DNA of 63,905 bases, the filler included, from Octopus bimaculoides (taxonomy: Eukaryota), in the NCBI RefSeq assembly GCF_001194135.2. It is 6 parts of 6 records of this genome, joined end to end, with 100 filler letters (N's around TTAATTAATTAA, not from the genome) between each part and the next. Parts side by side here need not be neighbours in the genome. Positions count along the whole stretch, not along the records: positions 39,030 to 59,573 come from NC_068993.1; positions 59,674 to 62,100 come from NW_026303247.1; positions 62,201 to 63,905 come from NC_068983.1; 3 more parts are not named here. One strand, given 5' to 3'. Each line of letters opens with the position of its first letter. Position 1 is the first letter of the stretch. A program made the translations under genes and the position numbers. This document shows, piece by piece, positions 51,660 through 63,905 of the stretch. The notes beneath the pieces were generated by a model. The model was not told the origin of the DNA, searched no databases, and saw nothing but the letters and a program-made list of their open reading frames with translations.

Positions 51660-51951
51660 TATATATGTTTCAATGTATGTATATGTATTATATATGTTTC
51701 AATGTATGTATATGTATTATATATGTTTCAATGTATGTATATGTATTATATATGTTTCAATGTATGTATATGTATTATATATGTTTCAATGTATGTATAT
51801 GTATTATATATGTTTCAATGTATGTATATGTATTATATATGTTTCAATGTATGTATATGTATTATATATGTTTCAATGTATGTATATGTATTATATATGT
51901 TTCAATGTATGTATATGTATTATATATGTTTCAATGTATGTATATGTATTA
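51660..51951. repeat. 29-bp minisatellite, about 10 near-identical copies
   Basis: Unit TATATGTTTCAATGTATGTATATGTATTA. Confidence 0.92.
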
Positions 51952-52008
51952 TCAGTTGTTCATAAAAATAAGATTAAAGCAACATTTTATAATTTTTGTT
52001 GTCTTCAG

Positions 52009-52166
52009 AATTATGTTAAGGAATTGCTGCAGCAAGAATCTCCAACAGAAAGTGAAAAACATGAAAAAAGACATCGAGAGAAAGAATCTGGGAGTCCAGA
52101 CTCTGTATTAACTTCAACCAATCAAGATAAAGAAAGTTTGATATCAAACAATACATCTTATCTATG
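52009..52166 (+). CDS. STIL: STIL penultimate exon
   Basis: GTCTTCAG acceptor, TG|GTAATG donor, phase 0 to 2: NYVKELLQQESPTE...NNTSYL. Confidence 0.78.
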
Positions 52167-54218
52167 GTAATGATTTTTACTCTTTTTTGTAAGTTAGGAA
52201 TACTCATAATTTATGTTAGAAATATTGTCAATTTGGTAGAAGAGTTGTTAGAGTGTTGGATGAAATGCTCTGTGGTATTTATTCAGGCTTTGCCAAGCTT
52301 AATGTTGCTATTCATCCTTCTGAGATCAATAAGTAAAATATCATTCATAGGGCAGTGATCAGGCAGAAATGTTTCCATGGTCAGATAGGGTGCCTTGCAG
52401 TGTTTGTTCTGGCTCATTGTGTTCTGAGTTCAAATCATGCTGTGGCCTACCTGGTTGTCTTAAACCAAGTGATGGAGTACGTCTCCCATCTGTCACCTGC
52501 ATTAACACCTGGGTGTTGGGTGTCTTGAGGAGTCCCATCTGTTGCAGGCATTTGGGTTGGGTCTATGATTGAAGATACCTCCTGTAAAGGATCAAGAGCA
52601 TTGCCCTTTTCTACTGACTTAAGATATTTTTAAAAAATCAAATTTTATGGGAGATGAAATCATTTAAATGAGCATTCATCTTCATACATGCAATTTTGTT
52701 AATCTCCAATCTTCCATGAAAAACATATCTGACCATGGGGAAATATCTTGCTTGGAAACAGATGATAGTTGGTGACAGGAAGGGCATCCAGGCATAGAAC
52801 ACCTGCCTCAACAAATTCTGTCTGACCCATACAAGCATGGAAAAGGGGACATTAAACAATGGTGATGATGATAATGGTAGGGGTAGCTGTACTGTTGAAG
52901 GCAAAGGTTTTTGACCTGGAGCAGGATACTGTTCTAATAACAAGCATGAGGATGATATCTTGTGTAGAATATTATTTGAAGTGGGATTTTATTGCCAGAT
53001 GCTCTTCCTGTTGGCAACTCTTAACCTAGTTTTTAAGTAAGAGATATTTTATTCCAGAGGTTTTTATAGGTACAGTGCAACTGGTCAAAATACTTACTTG
53101 TATTTGTGGTGGCAGTCATTAGGGGTGGGTTGAGCTGGCTCTGACCAACACGTGTTCAGAGTTTCAGTGGGAATACAAGTTCACGTGTAGTCCTTGGTCA
53201 AATGCATACACACTTTGGGATAGTGTGACCCATAACAACTCCTCTTGTCATCCATTGTTGACCATCACGGAGGATTCACTGACCAAGTCACTGCTGACTG
53301 TCGAAGCAGATGTAACCTGGGTTTGAAGTAGGTTCTAGAGACATGCCTTAATAAAAGCTAAGGGGCTTCACAATCACAGTGGTCTTCACATACACACATG
53401 CGTGCGCTTGGGAGTAGGGTATGTATTTTGGATACAAAGAGTTCAGGAAGACTAGAAAATGAAGCAAGCTTGCTTTGCTGGATGTGAAATGTTAATGTGC
53501 ACAATTGATGGAGTAGTTAGTTATGAACTGAAAGTAAAACTGGATACAAGAGGAATCAAATGAAGTGTACAAGAGAGAAGAGTTTGCTCCATTCACACCA
53601 CATGTCCATGTGGTGTGAATGGAGGATGACAACTGTATAAAGAAGTAGTGCACTCTTAGGATAAATGAAATCTGTGGAAGAAGAAGATAAAGAAAGACAT
53701 GGGATGCAGTGTGAATACTAAATTCAACATGTTTCATCTCAGAGAGGAGATGATAAAGAACTATGTTGATTGGTAATTTTAACTACAAAATGTCATGATG
53801 GTTATGTTTGGGTTGCCTTAGTCTGCTCATTAGTCTGCTTGATATAGGGTAAACAATAGCAACACACATACTTGAGTTGGGTTACAGTTTGTTCCTGTAA
53901 GCAGTGAGAAGCTTTATATAGGTATGTGCTATGTTCACCTATGATTATAGCTTGGTGAATGGCAGATCATATCGGATTGACCAGCCACTGTTCAATTAAA
54001 CCTACTGACACAAGTGGGTATGGGATCACCAAAAAAATAAAAGTAGAGATGGAAGAAAGAGGAATGAATTCAAAGTCAAAAGTCTGTTTGAATTTCCTTT
54101 TTGTAATTCACTTTCACTCTTTCCCCTCCATCTGTTATTTATTGATGTTAAGAAAACAAAAAATTGTTATATAAACACTTACTTTGGAATAACTCATTTC
54201 TTTTCTTCTCTGTTTCAG

Positions 54219-54933
54219 TTCTGGCTTCAATTCAGTTGACTGTACATTGCTTCCTAAAATCAATTATATTTCCATGTTACTTGAATCAGACACTGAGACT
54301 TCAATGGAAATCAACAGCATGGCACTGAAATACCTAAAAGACGAGCAACTGACGCAGATGGCCAAACTACGCAGTCAAAGTACCACTCCGACAGCAGCTA
54401 AGGCTAACAACAAGAATTTCCTCTGTCAGATAATGCGTTATGGCCTGGACTCAAGCAGTCCAGACATTAGCAAATATGGTATGTCAGTAAATGACTTGAC
54501 ATTTGCAACTCGAAAGTATATGGAAAAACATCACTTAATTGAAGAATCTGACAGCAAAAATATGAGTTTCTTACTCAAAGACGACACAGCTAATTATTTG
54601 CCTTTCTCACATACTAGAAATTCTAATTCATCTCAAATCTCAAATTCCTCTGAAAATATGGCTTTGTTTGAGAGACCAAAAGAAGTGAGGCAAAATTTAA
54701 CCCAAACCAAATTAAACGTTAGGAAACCTTTTCAAAATATCCAACAAAAGCTTTTACCTATGTCTGAGTCAACTCCCATGTTTAAGCCGTACCCAAAGAA
54801 ACAGTCCCCTGAACAACCACAGATGTTCTTACAAACACCTCCTCCAGTTCTTGAAGGAGATCCTGGAAATTCTTCTGCTAATGAAAGAATTCTAGATATA
54901 GCAAAATTAAAACAGATGCCCAAATTGTTATAG
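54219..54933 (+). CDS. STIL: STIL terminal exon (STAN and C-terminal TIM motifs)
   Basis: TCTCTGTTTCAG acceptor, phase 2; LPKINYISM..ESDTETSMEINSMALKYLKDEQL (STAN), DLTFATRKYMEKH, C-terminus ILDIAKLKQMPKLL* (cf. human LDVKRLRQLPKLF). Confidence 0.93.
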
Positions 54934-55444
54934 CACACCTGTTGTGGTGTGGATACCTGTTTATAATGGTGGTTTGACCTCCATTTGATATATTCATATT
55001 GACTAGGTCAATTAACTGGCAGAAATGGTAGAGCATCAGATTTAAATACCTTACACCGTATTTCATTTCGTTCTCCTACATTGTGGGTTCAGTTCTCCGT
55101 TGAGGTTGAGTTTGCATTTTATCCTTTCGGGATTGATAATTGCAAAAATAAACCCATGTGCCTAATCAAAAGAAATCATTGTAACAGCATTGGTTGTTAT
55201 ATGGGAAAGGTAGCTGAACTAGTGAACCACACAGTGGATACCTTACTGCCAGGGTTAATTTTTTTTTTACCTTTCACTTCCTCATGGAAGTGATAAAATG
55301 AATACTGACAATAAAATGATTCAATGCAATTGATTATTCATCCATCTCCTTTACAAAGAAATGATCTTGTAGCTGGTTAATGAAAAATTAATGTAATGAA
55401 AGTGACATAGTTGCAAATCAAAAAAAAAAATAATCATTTTTTAT

Positions 55445-55450
55445 AATAAA
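55445..55450 (+). terminator. Candidate STIL poly(A) signal
   Basis: AATAAA about 510 nt after the stop, followed by T-rich sequence; others at about 55145 and 55545. Confidence 0.35.
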
Positions 55451-55934
55451 TTGTATAAATGTTTTATTAATCTGTAAAGGAAAACAAATTGTTATATATA
55501 TGTACAAAAAAATCCTGTTTTACCTTCTTTTCTCTACTGTTGGTAATAAATCATGAATTTTGGATTGTTGTTTTCTAGTTTTGATTACACATCTTTCACA
55601 GTTAGTTCTGTATGTAAGCACAGGTATGGCCATGTGGTTAAGAAGCTCACTTTGCAACCATGTGGTTTCAGGTTCAGTCCTACTGTGTGGAAGCTAAGGT
55701 TCCGCTTCCATGTCTGCTTCGGGCGTCCTCGCTTCCTTTTCCCCTGCGGGTTCCAGTCAAGTGTTTGTCATGTCACATTTACTGGGCAAGGATTCTGGAT
55801 TATTTTTCCTGTTTTTTAACTTAATTTTTGGGAAAGGTTTAAATACTAAAGGATAAAAAAAAACAAAAAAAACACTTAAAAACCAATACTGATGTGGAAA
55901 ATCAAATACAATATCTGTGAAAATATGTACAAGC

Positions 55935-56325
55935 ATAGGTGTGGCTATGTGGTAAGAAGCTAGCTTCCAAACCATATGGTTCTGGGTTCAGTCACTGTGT
56001 GGCACCTTGGGCAAGTGTCTTCTACTATAGCCTCAAGTCAACCAAAGTCTTGTGAGTGGATTTGGTTGACAGAAACTGAAAGAAGCCCATCATATATATG
56101 TATATATGTGTGTGTGTCTATGTTTGTTCCCCCACCACTGCTTGACAACTAGTGTTGGTATATTTACATCCTTGTAACCTAGCAGTCTGGCAAAAGAGAC
56201 CAATAGAATAATTACCAGGTTTTAAAAATATAAATACTGGGGTCAATACATTTGACTAAAAATTCTTCAAGGCTGTGTCCCAGCATAGCTTCAGTTTAAT
56301 GGCTGAAACAAGTAAAAAATAAAAG
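55935..56325 (+). mobile_element. tRNA-derived SINE, major family
   Basis: Full head-to-tail similarity to 32513-32945. Confidence 0.82.
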
Positions 56326-56426
56326 ATATTTATTAAAACATGTAAACTAATAAATGTTTTAAAATGCTTTTTTTCATATTATGTTCTTTTTTTGATCTAT
56401 GTTGGGACCAGTTACTCATGTATCTT

Positions 56427-56793
56427 TTATTACCTCCGCCTTCGCTAAGGCAGAGGTATTGTTTTCAATCATGTTTGTTTGTTTGTTTCTTTCTCCGAGG
56501 ACAAGATATCTCAAGAACCGCTGGATGGATTCAGATGAAACTTTCAGGAAGGTTTGGCCTTGTGACTGATTAGATTTTGGGATTGATCCAGTACTGGACA
56601 AGGATTCTGGATTATTTTTCTTGTTTTTTAACTTAATTTTTAGGAGTAGTTGGGTTCATTTTTAGTACTCTCGTTTGAGAGAGCAGTCGAGTTTATTTCA
56701 GATATTCTTATTTTAAAAAATCATCTCTGGCTAATCGTTAAGAGGACGTTGGTGTTGCCTTGGCGGAGGTTTGCGCTCTCTGAGTGCTCTTGT
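56427..56793 (+). mobile_element. Helentron-associated non-autonomous element (HINE/DINE-like)
   Basis: 5' TTATTACCTCCGCC, (GTTT)n microsatellite, 3' subterminal inverted repeat GGCGGAGGT followed by a short hairpin GCGCTC-TCT-GAGTGC and TTGTTT end. Confidence 0.7.
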
Positions 56794-58532
56794 TTTTTAT
56801 TGGTTTCAGTAATTTGACTGTGGTCATGCTGGGGACTGCCCTTGAAAAACTTTTAGTCAAATGAATCGACCCCACTACTTAATTTTTTTGCTAAGCCTGG
56901 TACATATTCTATCATCCTCTTTTGCTGACACTAGTTGTCAAGCAGTGGTTAGGGACACACAGGGACAAAGGCATACACACATAGATATATACATCTCCGT
57001 ATATGTATATATCATCATCATCATCATCGTTTAATGTCCGTTTTCCATGCTGGCATGGGTTGGATGGTTTGACTGAGGTCTGGAGAGCCAGTGGCTGCAC
57101 CAGGCTCCAATCTGATCTGGCAATGTTTCTACAGCTGGATGCCCTTCCTAACGCCAACTGCTCCGAGAGTATAGTGGGTGTTTTTTACATGCCACCAGCA
57201 CAGGAGCCAGTCAGGCAGCCCTGGCATCGATCACATTCGGATAGTGCATTTTACATGTCACCGGCATGGGAGCCAATCAGGATATATGTATATATATGTA
57301 TGCATGTGTGTGTGTGTGTATTTTCTTTCAGTTTCCATTTATGAATTCCACTCAAAAGGTTTTGGTCAGCTGGGAGTTTGTAGATTTTTCATCTTTGACA
57401 TTTATCCTCTTCATTTCTGCAACATAATTTTTCAAATAGTTCAGCTTCACTTGAGATTCATTTGATGATAGAGACTTTTTTTTTTTAATTCACTCCCTAT
57501 TCTTCTCTGGTTGTTAGATTGAGTTGTTTGTTAGAGGTATTCTCAATATTATCATTATTATTTTTACGTCCACTTTTCTATGATTGCATGGGTCAGATGG
57601 AATTCATTGAGGCTGATTTGCACTAGCCAGATCCCCTTCCTGTCATCAATCCTCACCTATTTACAAACAATGGAATAATTCTCTATTCTATCAAATAAGA
57701 AACGGTCTGAACACAGTTGGTGGACTGGAAAGAAATGATACTGTTTGCCTGAGCCACATGTGTACAAAGACTGCACATGTCCAGAAGCCCAGACATGCTT
57801 TTCATGGTTGACTGCAAGCAAAGGACACTACAAAAACACACACAACAGGCCTTTTCAGTTTCTGTCTGCTATTTTCACTTGCAAGGTATTGGTCAACCTA
57901 TGGCTGTAATATAGAACACTAATTGACACTGTTCATGCAGTGGGATTGAACCTCTAACCATGTGGTTCAAAAGCGAACTTCTTAACTACATAGCCATGGT
58001 CTCATAATAAAACAATGATAATTCATAATAACGTAATGTAACGAAGCACAATCACATATACTGCACCTGATATAGTACATTAAGCATGTTTGAATGTGTA
58101 TCCATGCATGTCTGTGTCTATAAACAAGCATAGTTAGTGTTGATTAAATCAACTGGATAATGATTTCCTAGTTAAAAACCTGATATTACTGATCCTGTAA
58201 TGATGACATATCCTGTAAATTAATTATTATGTTGGTTTCAGTAATGATTATTCTACATGTTTAATCAATGGAATTATCTGCTCAGTGAATTATATCAGTC
58301 ATTATTGTGTAAACGACTGAGTATTCCACAGACAGTTGCATTGTCAATGTGACATTGTGTGAAAAGGCTGTTCCCTTTGAATTACAGGTGCTTTCATCTC
58401 ATAGAGTTCCACATGATCTACGTCTTTCATTGTATAAGCAGTTAAGTGTCCTAAAGTTACTTAACATGATCCTCAAGTAGAATCTGTGTGTTGGAGGGTG
58501 GGCTGTTTAATTACTGGTACAGTCCATTTAGT

Positions 58533-58892
58533 GGAGGCGCAATGGCCCAGTGGTTAGGGCAGCGGACTCGCAGTTATAGAATCGCGATTTCGATTCCCAG
58601 ACCGGGTGTTGTGAATGTTTATTGAGCAAAAACACCTAAAAGCTCTACGAGGCTCCGGCAGGGGATGGTGGCGAACCCTGCTGTACTCTTCCACCACAAC
58701 TTTCTCTCACTCTTACTTCCTATTTCTGTTGTGCCTGTAATTCAAAGAGTCAGCCTTGTCACACTGAATACCCTCGAGAACTATGTTAAGGGTACACGTG
58801 TCTGTGGAGTGCTCAGCCACTTGCACGTTAATTTCACGAGCAGGCTGTTCCGTTGATCGGATGTCGTAAGCGACGGAGTGCCAACAACAACA
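58533..58892 (+). mobile_element. tRNA-derived SINE, second family, near full length
   Basis: A box (TGGCCCAGTGG) and B box (TTTCGATTCCC) head, unique body, (CAA)n tail; second copy at 39932-40088. Confidence 0.82.
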
Positions 58893-59674
58893 GTCCATTT
58901 GATAGGCTTCTATCCAACTTCATTTACAGAGCTTGAATCAACCTGAAACTAGTTGAAGACACTTGCCTCAAGTGCCATGCAATGGGAGCCAATTTTGGAC
59001 ATGATTATGAAGCAAACTTCTGAAACCTGCATCCTGCTGCACAGCGTCATCATTGTCCTCCTCTACCTCCTTGTCCACCTCTTCATCTTCCTCTTTGTCC
59101 ACATCTTCATCCTTTGTCATCATCTTCATCATTAAATGAATTTAAAACTCCTTAAATGAATATATATATATTCTTTTACTTGTTTCAGTCATTTGACTGC
59201 GGCCATGCAGGAGCACCACCTTTAGTCGAGCAAATCAGCATCAGGACTTATTCTTTGTAAGCCTAGTACTTATTCTATCAGTCTCTTTTGCCAAACTGCT
59301 AAGTTACGGGGACATAAACACACCAGCATCGGTTGTCAAGCGATGTTGGGGGGATATGTAAAAAAAAAAATTGTGCGAACGAACGTTTGAGAGGACTTTC
59401 GGAAAATTCACAAAATCTGATTTTTCCCTCATAACTTTGAGGAAAATGGATATATATTGATGAAATTTTATAGAAATACCGTTCAAATGGCACAAATTAC
59501 GATTATAAAGACATTTCTGGGGAAAATTTTTCCGAAGGGGTGGGGAGAGGACTTTTGGAAAATTCACACGATCNNNNNNNNNNNNNNNNNNNNNNNNNNN
59601 NNNNNNNNNNNNNNNNNTTAATTAATTAANNNNNNNNNNNNNNNNNNNNNNNNNNNNNNNNNNNNNNNNNNNNC

Positions 59675-62100
59675 ATCCATTCTCGCCACATGACCATACC
59701 AACGCAATCGTCTCTCTTGCACATCACAACTGATGCGTCTTAAGTTCAACTTTTCTCTCAAGTTACACTCTGTCTAATATGCACACTGACATTACACATC
59801 CATCGGAGCATACTGGCTTCATTCCTTTCGAGCCTACGCATGTCCTCAGCAGTCACAGCCCATGTTTCACTGCCATGAAGCATGGATGTACGTACACATG
59901 TGTCATACAGTCGGCCGAGCACTCTGAACTTTGCCCAGGCTATTCTTATTCTAGCAGCTACACTTTCAGCGCACACTTCCTCACTACTAACTTGGTCACC
60001 TAGATAGTGGAAGCTATCAACCACTTCTAGTTTTTCTCCCTGGAATGCGGCAGAAGTTGTTTTCTGTACATTTACAGTGTTTATAGCTCCTGAACATCTG
60101 CTACATACGAAAACTAACTTCCTAGTTAACCTTCCTTTGATATTGCTGCACCTCTTATGTGTCCATAGCTTGCACTGAAGGTGTTTGTGATTTTTCGACC
60201 TTCCTACTTATTAAAACTTTGGTTTTAGCTAGGTTGACTCTAAGGCCCTTCGATTCTAGTCCTTGCTTCCACACCTGAAACTTCTCTTCTAGTTCTGATA
60301 GTGACTCAGCAATCAGTGCAAGGTCATCAGCATTGAGAAGCTCCCAGGGGAATCCTGTCTTGAATTCCTCTGTTACAGACTATGATAAATAGGAGGGGGC
60401 TGAGGACAGAACCTTGGTGGACCCCTACCTCTACCCGGAATTCTTCACTGTACTGACTGCCAACCCTCACCTTACTGACAGTGTCTCTGTACATGGCTCG
60501 CACTGCTCTCACTAACCATTCTTCTATCCCTAGTTTCCTCATTGACCAGGGGGACCCTGTCAAAGGCTTTCTCCATGTCAACGAAAGCCAGGTACAGAGG
60601 TTTATCCTTGGCTAGGTATTTCTCCTGAAGCTGTCTTACCAGAAGTATAGCATCAGTGGTGCTTTTCCCAGGCATGAACCCAAACTGCATCTCATCTAAA
60701 CTGACCCGCTCCCTGAGTAGTTGGGCTATGTCCCTCTCCGTGACTTTCATTACCTGATCTAACAGCTTGATACCTCTGTAATTATTTGTATCTAAAGCGT
60801 CACCTTTACCTTTGTAGCAGTTGACTATGGTGCTGCTACACCAGTCATTGGGTATGACTCCTTCGTGTATCACCTGGTTAAGAATACGGGTGACTAGGCT
60901 ATAGCCGACACTGCCAGATATTTTGAGCATCTCTGCAGTGATTCCTGATGGGCCAGGGGCTTTTCCTGTCTTCATACTCTTAATTGCTTTATCTACCATG
61001 GTACTGTCAACTCGGATAGCTGGTCCCTCTGTTGGGTCGACATTCGGCAGACTCTCTTTCTCCCATTCATTCTATTTATTGAGCAATCTTTCATAGTTGC
61101 GTCTCCAAACCTCTTTCTTTGCAGCCTCGTTTAGTGAAGCATACCATCATCCATGCGAACATATTTCTCTCCCACGACATCACGATTCTCTCTCACACAC
61201 TGTCTTGCAACACAAAATACCTCAAGTCTTTGGTCCTCACAACGCAGAACATTGGCAAACTTTTTCTTATCTGCTTCCCCTCTGGCTAAATAAACCTGTC
61301 GCCTAGCTTCCCTTCTGGCAGTCTGATACAATTCCCTGCTACCACTGTTCTTCCAGTCCTTCCAAGCCTGTTTCTTTTCCCTAATTGCCCTATCAACAAT
61401 ATTGTTCCACCACGACGTTATTTTCGGTCGAGAGGGGACTTTGCACCATCCACAGATCTGGTCAGTGGCCCTCAGCAGGTTGTCCCGTAGAAACGTCCAG
61501 TTGTCTTCTACATTGTGTGAAGCTACATCTCCCTCTATTTCGTCAAAGGCTTCAAGGAATAAGTCTCTAAATCTCTATCCCTTCGCAGGATCTTTGAGAT
61601 TCCAGACCCTTCTCCAAGCTGGTCGTCTTCTGGGCAACCACTTAGCCCTGATCCTGAAGTCACTAACTACTAGTCTATGTTGTGGGGTACATTCTTCGCT
61701 TGGGAAGGTTTTGGCATTTATAAGCAGCCACCTTTCCCTTTTCCTGGCGAGGATGTAGTCAATTTGGCTAGTGTGTCTGCCAGAACGGTAGGTGACTAGG
61801 TGACTGGCAGGCTTCCTGAAGTTAGTATTGCAGACCATAAGGGCATTTGCATCACAGAACTCCAGCAGCCTAGCTCCCTCCTCATTGCGGGAACCAAAAC
61901 CATAGCTTCCATGTATGCCATAGAAGCCCCCTGAATGTTGTCCAGCATGACCATTGAAGTCACCAGCCACAAAGAGAAGGTCCCTGTCATTCGTCGACGA
62001 GGTAGTCTGCAGGAGGGAGTCATAAAATTGGTCTTTCTGTCCGTCGGGACGCCCAGGCTGAGGGGCATAGGCCGAGATAATGGTTGCTAACCCATGGTGA
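59675..62100 (-). mobile_element. RTE-clade LINE (AP endonuclease plus reverse transcriptase), frameshifted
   Basis: AGDFNGH, SQIDYIL, HRLVV (APE); KAPGPSG, NYRGIKLL, QFGFMPGKST, AFVDMEKAFDRV, GVHQGSVLSPLLF, FHYLG (RT). Its 3' tail family is the one scattered across the window. Confidence 0.95.
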
Positions 62101-63584
62101 NNNNNNNNNNNNNNNNNNNNNNNNNNNNNNNNNNNNNNNNNNNNTTAATTAATTAANNNNNNNNNNNNNNNNNNNNNNNNNNNNNNNNNNNNNNNNNNNN
62201 ATATATACGAATATACATACACACACATACATACATACATACATATAATTGCAATTTCAATTGTTAGAAGTAATTTGTCGTTTCTTCTAACTTTACTATA
62301 AGGCTATTCGGTCATTTTACTCAGTCCACTCTGTTACCAGTATTTTGGTCATACTTTGGTGTGGAAATAATGTATTTCTGTGTCCCACAAAATTTGGAGA
62401 AGAAAATAGACTTTTATTTCTAGACTAAATGAGAAAAACAATTCTGCTTATATCTAGTGCGTGCGCAAGTTCACCGATTTAGTAAAGGTGGGGCGTGGTA
62501 GTCAATTATTCTGTCCATTCTACTCGGCTGTTTCTTATTAAATTGACTTCCTATGAATGAAACATAAATAAGATTGACCTCGGTAGGGTTTGAACTTAAA
62601 ACGTACGTAGTAGAAACCGAAAATGTAAAGACGTCAATGTATCATTGTATTGATTTTGCAAATTAACCGTCCTTCACACTCAGAAAAAGACATATAATGA
62701 AATAAATGTAAAAATGTATATAATGAAATAAACACGAATTTGTAAATTTATCTTAAATTTCGGAGGCATTTCAACCACGATAAAAGAGCTCCAGATCCAA
62801 CAATTTATCCTCGATCAATTCAGTTGTGAAGTGGACACATCAATGAAATTTCTACCAGGTTAAAACGATTATGATAAACGTTGTTAGCTGTTGCTTAGAA
62901 ACGATAACATCACGCAAGTCCACTCTATAAAAGAGAACACCTGAAAGCATTTTACCGACAACTGAATAAAATACAATAACCGAGATAAATTAATAAAGGA
63001 CACCATCTGCATGGAAAACTAACAGTAAATTCAGTACTAATATACTTAATATTCTTTCTTTGACGGTGAAATCGTCAGAGGGCACTTGGTGACATCTTTC
63101 ACAAAATATGCTGGTTTGTGAATTTTGTTGGGGAAATACGCGTTGCCGTTCTAATAGCGATTTTAATAGACTCGTTCTTGCTGGCCATAGCATGATCAGA
63201 TACAGTGAAGGAGATAAGTCAGAAAATGGACAATCGACCTTAACACTTGTCTGTTGATTTCTTTCTTGATTCCAGTGAATGATAATAGCGTCTTTGGTAG
63301 GATTTGAACTGAGAGCAGGAAGAGCCAGTTCATATAGTAAGCAGTAATTTTTAAATCTGTCTTTCAAATAAATATTACATGACGTCTTAACAACTTCGAA
63401 TATTTCCTGTATCTTTTCCCTAGACGTAATACAATAACTCCTATGAATATATATATATATATATATGTTCCATTATGAACTATACCTTTGAGATAAATTA
63501 TGAAACGATTTATATTATTGTTTCAACAAATTACACCCGATCACGGGTGGCATGGAAAAGAGAAAAGCGAACGTCTTCCACCTC

Positions 63585-63768
<184 letters not shown>

Positions 63769-63905
63769 ATGTTTGACTTTTGTTTTGCATTTGTACAAGT
63801 TGGATCCAAGTCTCACCCAGAGACCTCAAGAGACAACAAGTTAGAAGTTCATGTAGGTGTTATGCCTAGGGTACCATATATTTGGATTTGTACAGTTTTG
63901 TTCAA
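63769..63905 (-). mobile_element. Probable 3' end of a second TAA-associated (R4-like) retroelement
   Basis: Unique sequence ending in a (TAA)n tail on -, same geometry as 22264-22770. No protein motif visible before the window edge. Confidence 0.4.

Noticed and set aside
51660-51951. CRISPR-like array
   Set aside because: Contiguous repeats with no unique spacers, eukaryotic intron, no cas genes.
58533-58610. tRNA gene
   Set aside because: A/B boxes present but no proper acceptor stem, and it continues into a SINE body repeated elsewhere.

Overview
Gapped, AT-rich eukaryotic genomic scaffold. The SINE/RTE/microsatellite landscape suggests an octopus genome (inference). Protein-coding content reconstructed by reading splice sites and phases: (1) the last exon of a divergent pyruvate kinase (PK) on + (5847-6046); (2) the last two exons of a canonical PK on - (17553-17435, 15634-15426), giving a tail-to-tail paralogue pair; (3) seven 3' exons of STIL (+, 43437-54933); (4) a phase-consistent chain of five small minus-strand exons (21394 to 11845) for a protein I do not recognise, apparently straddling the PK 3' exons on the same strand. 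The 5' halves of both PKs and STIL are not visible. Five 100-nt N-TTAATTAATTAA-N joins of unknown true size split the window, so long-range order is uncertain. The rest is transposon debris (RTE LINE, HERO-like and R4/Dong-like RLE retroelements, tRNA-SINEs, mariner/Tc1, piggyBac-like, Helentron-like, MITEs, an LTR fragment) and simple repeats. No rRNA, true tRNA or CRISPR array was seen. Most ORFs in the supplied track are artefacts of N-runs or microsatellites. Repeat boundaries are approximate.
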